64,000 bases of DNA from the NCBI GenBank assembly GCA_951406725.2, contig OX597824.1, positions 73,036,001 through 73,100,000 of the forward strand, in the 5' to 3' direction. The notes beneath the pieces are model-generated. The model was not told the origin of the DNA. It saw nothing but the letters and a program-made list of their open reading frames with translations, and searched no databases. A program made the position numbers and the translations under genes. Source of the DNA: Octopus vulgaris (lineage: Eukaryota). Shown piece by piece: positions 55,362 to 64,000 of the stretch; positions within the stretch are counted from its first letter, which is position 1; each line of letters starts with the position of its first letter.

Positions 55362-56150
55362 GGCGGCGAGCTGGCAGAAACGTTAGCACGCCGGGCGAAA
55401 TGCTTAACGGTATTTCGTCTGCCGAAAGTTGTGAGTTCAAATTCCGCCGAGGTCGACTTTGCCTTTCATCCTTTCGGGGTCGATAAATTAAATACCAGTT
55501 ACGAACTGGGGTCGATGTAATCGACTTAATACCTATGTCTGTCCTTGTTTGTTCCCTCTGTGTTTAGCCCCTTGTGGGTAATAAAGAAATAGGTATTTCG
55601 TCTGCCGTTACGTTGTGAGTTTAAATTCCTCCGAGGTCGACTTTGCCTTTCATCCTTTCGGGGTCGATAAATTAAGTACCAGTTACGCACTGGTGTCGAT
55701 ATAATCGACTTAATACCTATGTCTGTCCTTGTTTGTCCCCTCTGTGTTTAGCCTCTTGTGGGTAATAAAGAAATAGGTATTTCGTCTGCCGCTACGTTCT
55801 GAGTTCAAATTCCGCCGAGGTCGACTTTCCCTTTCATTCTTCCGGGGTCGATTAAATAAGTACCAGTTACGCACTGGGGTCGATATAATCGACTTAATCC
55901 GTTTGTCTGTCCTTGTTGACCTCTCTGTGTTTAGCCCCTTGGGGGTAGTAAAGAAATAGAAATAGGTATTTCGTCTGCCGTTACGTTCTGAGTTCAAATT
56001 ACACCGAGGTCGACTTTGCCTTTCATCCTTTCGGGGTCGATTAAATAAGTACCAGTAACGCACTGGGGTCGATGTAATCGACTTAATCCGTTTGTCTGTC
56101 CTTGTTTGTCCCCTCTATGTTTAGCCCCCTGTGGATAGTAAAGAAATTGG
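55362..56150 (+). repeat. SINE family B head with four tandem bodies of about 185 bp
   Basis: Units restart with GGTATTTCGTCTGCC near 55409, 55592, 55776 and 55965. Confidence 0.9.
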
Positions 56151-56641
56151 TATAGGGGCATTGAATAATAATATCACACACACTCACACACGTGCTACTC
56201 AAACCAAGCTACCTCTTTCTATTGATAGGAATCGGTACGGCAATCCTTTCACTTAATCCATACGAGGTTTTTCAATTCTCTTTCCAACTCTTCAATTACC
56301 CAAGCTAAAACAAGATTCAATGTTTCAACAACTACAATCCCATTATTTCAGCTCAGCCATTATTTCACTAGACAACCGCAACTACATCAACATCAATAAC
56401 AACAACGGATACAAAAATTGTGCGTGTGTGCATAATTTACATATGCTACATCCACTCTCAATCTATTTTCTATTGATATGTATTGGCTTGACAATCATTC
56501 GACATATCCCCTACGAGGCTTTTCAATTCGCTTTTATATTCTTCATTTATCTTTGGCAGAATTCATTCGTCTCGACAATGACTTTTACACGCTTTGTATT
56601 ACGTATTACTCAATGATAATAACTAAGGCCATGCAGAACAT

Positions 56642-56722
<81 letters not shown>

Positions 56723-56737
56723 GTATATATGTATGTG

Positions 56738-56831
<94 letters not shown>

Positions 56832-56947
56832 TGTATGTATGTGTGCGTAAATATAGATAGGATAGACACATACATATATATATACAGATATATTATGTAT
56901 TATATTTAATATATAATATACATTATTATGTATATTGTATATTATAT

Positions 56948-56994
<47 letters not shown>

Positions 56995-57078
56995 TATATA
57001 TAAAATTACCGATGATGCCATGCAATGGAACTGAACCCCGAATCATGTGGTATGGAAGCAAGCTTCTTACCACAGATG

Positions 57079-57185
<107 letters not shown>

Positions 57186-57549
57186 CGTAGGTGTGTGGCA
57201 AGAAGAAGACTGTCCCCCAGCCACATGGTTCCAGGTTCAGCTCTACTGCGTGGCACCTTGGTCAAGCGTGTATTTGGTAGATGGAAATTGCAAGAGTCTC
57301 ATTGCATATTTATGTGTGCGCGCATGCACGCGCGTGCGTGTGTCTTTGTCTGTGTATTTGTCCCCTACCACTGCTTGACAACCAGTGTTTGTCTATTTAT
57401 GTCCCCGTGACTTATCGGTTCAGCAGAAGCAAGTGATAGAATAAGTACCAGGCTTATAAATAGGTATTGGGTCGATTCTTTCGACAAAAATTCATGAAGG
57501 CAGTGCCCCAGCATGGCCGCGGTTTAATGACTGAAACAAGTAAAAGATA

Positions 57550-57592
<43 letters not shown>

Positions 57593-57594
<2 letters not shown>

Positions 57595-57758
57595 CGCAGG
57601 AGTGGCTGTGTGGTAAGTAGCTTGCTTACCCAACCACATGGTTCAGGGGTCAGTCCCACTGCATGGCACCTTGGGCAAGTGTCTTCTACTATAGCCTCGG
57701 GCCGACCAAAGCCTTGTGAGGGGATTTGGTAGACGGAAACTGAAAGAAGCCCGTCGTA

Positions 57759-57833
<75 letters not shown>

Positions 57834-58045
57834 ATGTTTGTGTGTCTGTGTTTGTTCCCCTAGCACTGCTTGACAACCGATGCTGGTGTGTTTATGTCCC
57901 CGTCATTTAGCGGTTCGGCAAATGAGACCGATAGAATAAGTACTGGGCTTACAAAGAATAAGTCCCGAGGTCGAGTTGCTCGAATAAAGGCGGTGCTCCA
58001 GCATGGCCGCAGTCAACTGACTGAAACAAGTAAAAGAGTAAAAGA
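57593..58045 (+). mobile_element. SINE family A full copy, preceded by an older copy at 57183-57550
   Basis: Sequence match to other family A copies. Confidence 0.9.
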
Positions 58046-58499
58046 GCATATATATATATATATATATTATTTGGGTTAATTAATTGTTAAAGTAGCAGGA
58101 AATCAAAGCGAGGAAATAGCATCCATTCACATTTGGTTTGAGAATGGAAATGAAATTTCATAGTCTTCAATTCATTGAAATTGTAAGAATGGTTTGAATA
58201 CATCTGGCTCTTTTGATATCAGTTCTTTCATAAACATGAATAGCTGACAAATGACATCGTGGAAAGAGAAATTTCCTGAATCACTTAAATTTATACAAAA
58301 TCAAATGTCAAATTTTATGCTACATTTTACTCTGACAAATCAAAATCGGAAAAAAATAATATCATGTGCAATTAACGTAAAAGAATTTATTTGCGTAAGC
58401 AATTAATAAAATTATGCTGCAATCCGTTACGCACTTAAGAAGAATTGCTTATAACGTGAATTCATTTCCATATTTTGAAAGTATGTGTGTGTGTGTGTG

Positions 58500-58572
<73 letters not shown>

Positions 58573-58578
<6 letters not shown>

Positions 58579-58769
58579 TTAGAGGAATGACCACTAATAG
58601 TGGACAGCGTGTATGCTAGATATAGACGTCAAACTCGCCATTTACCACGAAGAATGTGTTCTCAAAAAATTCAGCAAAAAGAACACATTCTTCGTGGTAA
58701 ATGGCGAGTTTGACGTCTATATCTAGCATACACGCTGTCCACTATTAGTGGTCATTCCTCTAAATTTTT
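58573..58769. repeat. Perfect inverted repeat, arms about 90 bp, 17-nt spacer
   Basis: 58573-58662 is the reverse complement of 58680-58769. Confidence 0.93.
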
Positions 58770-59072
58770 TTATGTATAAAATTTTTAATCTTCGGATTTT
58801 TAAAATAATATGCTAGGCCACTGGTTTTAATTGATTAATATCAATTTCTACCCTTATTTAATTTTTAATTTATATATATATATATATACAAAAATTCTGT
58901 AATTATAAGCATAATTATAATTATGGTTCAGTAAAATTGCTTCACTACATACCGAAATTTAGAAATAGCAGTTAAATACGATTCCACTACCATAAGATAT
59001 CTCCCAGACAGCAATACTCCCACTTCACGCAGGTAAAGAGAAAAAAATAACGAATCCATCCGGCTTTGATCA

Positions 59073-59144
59073 ACTATATACGCGTTTCTGGATTAAAGAG
59101 ATGTAAAATTATTTTTACTCACTTATTTTCGTCTTCAGTATAGC
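59073..59144 (-). ncRNA. Type I hammerhead ribozyme (minimal)
   Basis: Minus strand GCTATA-CTGAAGA-[stem II]-GAAAC-GC-GTA-TATAGT; stem I pairs; GUA cleavage triplet; ACGCGT palindrome; proximal stem II imperfect. Confidence 0.72.
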
Positions 59145-60502
59145 ATTTCAATTATAAATTTGAGAGTACTATTAATCAAAATATGTATTCGACCAAGCGC
59201 CATCGAATAGGTAATATCCAAAAACCAGTACTTTCGAATGTATACAGACGAGTGAAAACTCGCATTCTTCCCCAATCCCCCACGTCTGCTACGAGTAATC
59301 CCGCAAAAACATCAGTTTACTATCAAGGAATGAATTATATTATCAATAATAATAAATGGTAAGATTAATTAGTCCGGCGTACGCCACTGATCTGCCGGCG
59401 CGGGGTCAAATCGAAGGGAGACCGACTGGATGGAACCGACAGCTCCCCGGCCCGCGTCTGTCATCGGACTCTCATTCGGCATCGGGCGCCGAGGGGGGCC
59501 ATGCTTCCCGGACGCGACGTGGGGTGCGAGGGTAGACCGAAACGGTGGGCACCCGCGCCCCACCACCACTTCTCCCCGGGCCGGTTGAAGAGGGCGACCC
59601 GCGTAACGCGATTAATTAATTTTACCCATTATATATATATATATATTTCTTTACTACCCACAAGGGCTAAACACAGAGGAGACAAACAAAGACAGACAAA
59701 CGGATTAAGTCAATTACATCGACCCCGGTGTGTAACTGGTACTTATTTAATCGACCCATTATATATATATATATATTTCTTTACTACCCACAAGGGGCTA
59801 CACACAGAGAGGACAAACAAGGACAGACAAACGGATTAAGTCGATTACATCGACCTCAGTGCGTAACTGGTATTTATTTAATCGACCCCGAAAGGATGAA
59901 AGGCAAAGTCGACCTCGGTGGAATTTGAACTCAGAACGTAACGGCAGACGAAATACGGCTACGCATTTCGCCTGGCGTGCTAACGATTCTGCCAGCTCAC
60001 CGATAGAAAATACTGTAACAGGAGATAGCACGCTTGTGAGCTGAATCGGGAGTTGTTCGTTAATGGTCGTGTATCAGTTAGTCAAGTGGTTCTTCTCTGG
60101 ATGCGGCCCAAGATGTCTGTGCGTGTAGCTTCAGCACTGCTCTAAGTGGGAGTAGTATAATGGAACTGTGGACCTCTGTTAGGAGCAGAATTTTTTTCAA
60201 CCCACTTTGGGATGAGGTTGAGATTCTGGCAATGCTACGGATGTACTTTCACCCGGAGAGACTTTCCGTGATAGCAAGCTCAGCAATTGGAGCGACTGTG
60301 AGAGCTCTTGTTCACTGCCGTTCATGGTGGTGAGGTGATGTTTTCTTGATATGAGTAATGATTGAGGTATTTAGAACAAAAGAACGAATATACAAGGCTT
60401 CAGTTTAATTCGTCTCTGATTATGTGTGCGCGCGCATGTAATTACCTGCAAGTCACTACGAAACAAAATGAAACCTCTCCAGGAAGTACCCATGTATATA
60501 CA

Positions 60503-60580
<78 letters not shown>

Positions 60581-60616
60581 TGTGTGTGTGTAATGGATGC
60601 GTCGCGTTCAGTTAAA

Positions 60617-60670
<54 letters not shown>

Positions 60671-60672
<2 letters not shown>

Positions 60673-61108
60673 ATCTTTTCGGTTTGAACGGCAGTTTTTA
60701 ACATAATTTCTAGGTAGCTAAAAGATTTTAAACTTCGTATACTGGTAGAATGTGTTTATAAAACATCTTTTCCTCTTGGCTTTATAGAGAAAATTCTATA
60801 GTTTGTAAGATATTTGTTGTTTTTTTCTTCAATTTCTGCAATTTCAGCCAATCACTGACGTCTATTGAGGTAAAAAAACATTTTGTGCCGTATGAATATG
60901 TCCCTCGTTTAAGAAACAGATTGGGTTTATTTACATTTCTGAAGAAAAAAAGATACCCTTCCCTCCACCCCTAACCCTAACCCTAACCGTGACTAACCCT
61001 AACCCTAAAACAGATTGAAATGCAACAGATCGATACTAGGGTCATAATTATGGGTGACAATTTCATATAACACCGCTAGAAAAACTGCCGTTCAAACCGA
61101 AAAGATCC
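60671..61108. mobile_element. MITE with about 29-bp perfect TIRs inserted in (TA)n, containing internal (CCCTAA)n
   Basis: GGATCTTTTCGGTTTGAACGGCAGTTTTT and its reverse complement; TA flanks. Confidence 0.88.
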
Positions 61109-61178
61109 TATATATTATATATATTATATTATATATATATATATATATATAATATATAGTATATTATCTACTATTTAT

Positions 61179-61248
<70 letters not shown>

Positions 61249-61252
61249 CATA

Positions 61253-61461
61253 CAATAATCCCTTGCCATATCGCGGTTTATTATTTAAGCTTACGTCGAA
61301 TCCTCCGTGGTGTTGTTTTGCATTTATAATAAAATAAATATATACAAATTATAAAGATAAAAAAAAAAGAATATACAGTACAGTACTGTTTCTACATCGC
61401 GGATGTTCACCTATCGCGGGGGTTTTGGAGCATAACAGCCGCGATAGTCGAGGGATTACTG
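61253..61461. mobile_element. pogo/Tigger-like MITE
   Basis: TA|CAATAATCCCTTGCCATATCGCGG ... CCGCGATAGTCGAGGGATTACTG|TA. Confidence 0.75.
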
Positions 61462-61705
61462 TATGTGTGCGTGTGCGCGTGCATGCGCGCATGCATGTAT
61501 GTATGCATGTATGTATGTATGTATGCATGTATGTATGTATGTATGTATGTATGTATGTATGTATGTATCTATCTATCTATCTATCTATCTATTTATCTAT
61601 CTGACTATCTATCTATCTATCTATCTATCTATATCCATGCGTAAGTGTTGGTGATTAACATAGATATTGCTTTGCAGTTCATGACACGCAATGATTATGC
61701 GGTTA

Positions 61706-61938
61706 GGCGGCGAACTGGCAGGATCGTTAGCACGCCGGGCGAAATGCTTAGCGGTATTTTGTCTGCGTTACGTTGTGAGTTCAAATTCCGCCGAGGTCGA
61801 CTTTGCCTTTCATCCTTTCGGGGTCGATAAATTAAGTACCAGTTACGCATTGGGGTCGATGTAATCGACTTAATACCTATGTCTGTCCTTGTTTGTCCCC
61901 TCTGTGTTTAGCCCCTTGTGGGTAATAAAGAAATAGGT
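61706..61938 (+). mobile_element. SINE family B single copy (others at 33757-33990, 59645-60000 and 63345-63560 on the minus strand)
   Basis: Sequence match to other family B copies. Confidence 0.85.
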
Positions 61939-63009
61939 TATGCTCATTCGAACAACGACACACTCTCAGTTTAGTTTACCACAGCTGCACTGTCGGACTG
62001 CAAGGCTCTGCACTCATTGCCGCATTGTTTGTGTTTTCAGTTGCGTCAAGGTAGCTGTGAAACAACCATTGAAGATTAACTGTCGCTCGCTTGCATCTTC
62101 TAGTCACGTGTCCATCTCACAGAATTCACTCAATGCAACGTTTCATACGAAGGTGCTCTTTACCGAATGTCCGAGACGGCCGGTTCGAATTTTCAATGAA
62201 TGGTGTGTGTGTGTGTGTGTGTATGTGTGTGTGTGTGTGTGTGTATGTGCGAGTGTGTTTGTTCGCGTGTGCGCGCGTAGTACGTACATGCGTGCGTGTG
62301 TACGTGTGTGCGTGCGTGCTTGCAACGGCTTCTGTACAGTTTTCGCCTACAAAACTTTGCTCTCATAACATTTGAGAATCTAAAGTCATCGTGGAAGATA
62401 ATTTATCCAAAGTGATCGTAAATTGCGATCGAACATGGAACATGGATCGAAGTTGCAGAGCGAATTGCGAAACCAAAAAAAGGCTATACCAGCTTGAATT
62501 ATTAATATCGTTTGCTCATTCTTGACATCCAAGTGGATCGAGGTATGTGGAATAAAGTGTCGCATCGAATAACTACGAAACGTCAACGATGAGATTTGAA
62601 CTGACCGACTAGCTGTCTTAATACCTTAGCCACTCGGTCATACACTATACCAATGTCATACTGACCGATTATGATACACACGCAACAAAAAATAGAAAAG
62701 AAAGAAGAAAAACAGAGACTGTGTATGTATGTCCATATGCATTAGAGAGACGTAAAGCGAAAGAGAGAGAGAGAGAAGGATGGAGACAAGGAGGTGTGTG
62801 TGGTGATTGATAGTTTTAAAGCTGAAACATGAGATGAAGATATTGGATATTTTCATGATGTTATGTGGAGTTTATGAAGGGTTTCACTGCGAATTTGTTA
62901 AATCCAACAGGAGATCACGAACACAGATAAATAGATGATATATGATTAGCAATAATTGTTAGCAGTGAATACATACATACATACATACATACATACATAC
63001 ATACATACA

Positions 63010-63043
<34 letters not shown>

Positions 63044-63146
63044 GTTAATCCAAACATGAAAGCACAAAGAGAAAACACAACAGCGCGAGGACGTGGAACA
63101 AGTATAGTGTTATTGGACGCTCAGGAAAGGAAAGAAAGAAGGAGGA

Positions 63147-63179
63147 TTTAACGTCTCGAGCGGATCTCTTCGTCAGAAA
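63147..63179 (-). ncRNA. Minimal Penelope-type hammerhead motif with a core mutation
   Basis: Minus strand TTT-CTGACGA-AGAG-ATCCG-CTC-GAGAC-GTT-AAA; GAAAC is changed to GAGAC. Confidence 0.6.
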
Positions 63180-63747
63180 CATAGGAAAAGGAAAGATCCA
63201 AGGAAGGGAAGACGGAGGAAAAAAATCGCCAACGATACACTCGCGGTCACATTATATATATACATACATAAATACATGCTTACATACACACACCTCTTTT
63301 GGAACACTGGATCTCGAAGCATATCACATACAGCTATAAATAATCCTTCCTATTATAGACACAAGACGTGAAATTTTGGTGGAGGAGGCTAGTCGGTTGT
63401 TTCGATCCCAGTGCTCAAGTGGCACTTATTTTATCGACCCCAGAAGGGATTAAAGACAAAGTCGTCCTCGACGGAATTTGAACCCAGAGCATAAAGACAG
63501 CCGAAAGGCCGCTAAGCATTTTAACCGACGTGCTAAGGATTCTGCCAGCTTGCCGCCTTAAAGAATAACTTGTAATTATTGGGCTGAAAGAACCTTTCAG
63601 TCTGAAAAAGCTGAAAGCTGCCCGTCATGGGTTTGTGTCTCACAAGCGGCCTTCGACTTCATTGTAATGCGCCACGTGATCCAATGTTCCAGGAAAGAAA
63701 CATTTCACATTCTCTCGAAATTTTATAAAATTCTTATGATGTCAACA

Positions 63748-63802
<55 letters not shown>

Positions 63803-64000
63803 TATGTGTGAGTGAGTGTGTATGTGAATGTGTGTGTATAGCTGAATTATGGGTACATTAAGTACGCAAAAATATTCCTACTATATTTTGATATGCAGGG
63901 GGAAAAAAAACGAAGAAAGTTTCCTGGTGCACCTTTCCATGGTGTGTTGTCCGCTCTTCAGAGAAACATCAATCTTCCTTCTCCAATCAAGTGTAGAGAA

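Noticed and set aside
55362-56150. CRISPR-like array
   Set aside because: Eukaryotic context; units are whole 185-bp repeats with no unique spacers and no cas genes
59372-59610. rRNA gene call for the GC-rich island
   Set aside because: No conserved 18S/5.8S/28S core motif recognised; kept only as an unexplained insert
60968-61007. Telomere or chromosome fusion site
   Set aside because: Only a few units, enclosed within MITE TIRs

Overview
AT-rich, repeat-saturated animal genomic DNA with no host protein-coding gene that I can support. The tRNA-derived SINE families and very high microsatellite load resemble an octopod cephalopod (Octopus sp.); this is inferred from repeat recognition, not from a search. 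Nearly all ORFs in the track are microsatellite read-throughs. The window holds three SINE families (dozens of copies), decayed non-LTR retrotransposons (R4/Dong-like, HERO-like, CR1-like), a full-length Tc1 pseudo-element, mariner derivatives, a Chapaev3-like transposon with TIRs and TSD, hAT and pogo-type MITEs, two non-autonomous Helitrons and a Helitron PIF1 helicase relic. The most interesting signal is a set of short non-coding elements lodged mostly in (TA)n tracts and SINEs. They carry minimal type I hammerhead ribozyme motifs, share collinear sequence motifs, and some end in perfect fold-back hairpins. A decayed Penelope ORF (GIY-YIG) lies in the same window. Together these suggest a Penelope-dependent, retrozyme-like system, and one copy appears to have captured a GC-rich foreign segment. 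Coordinates were counted by eye and may be off by a few bases.
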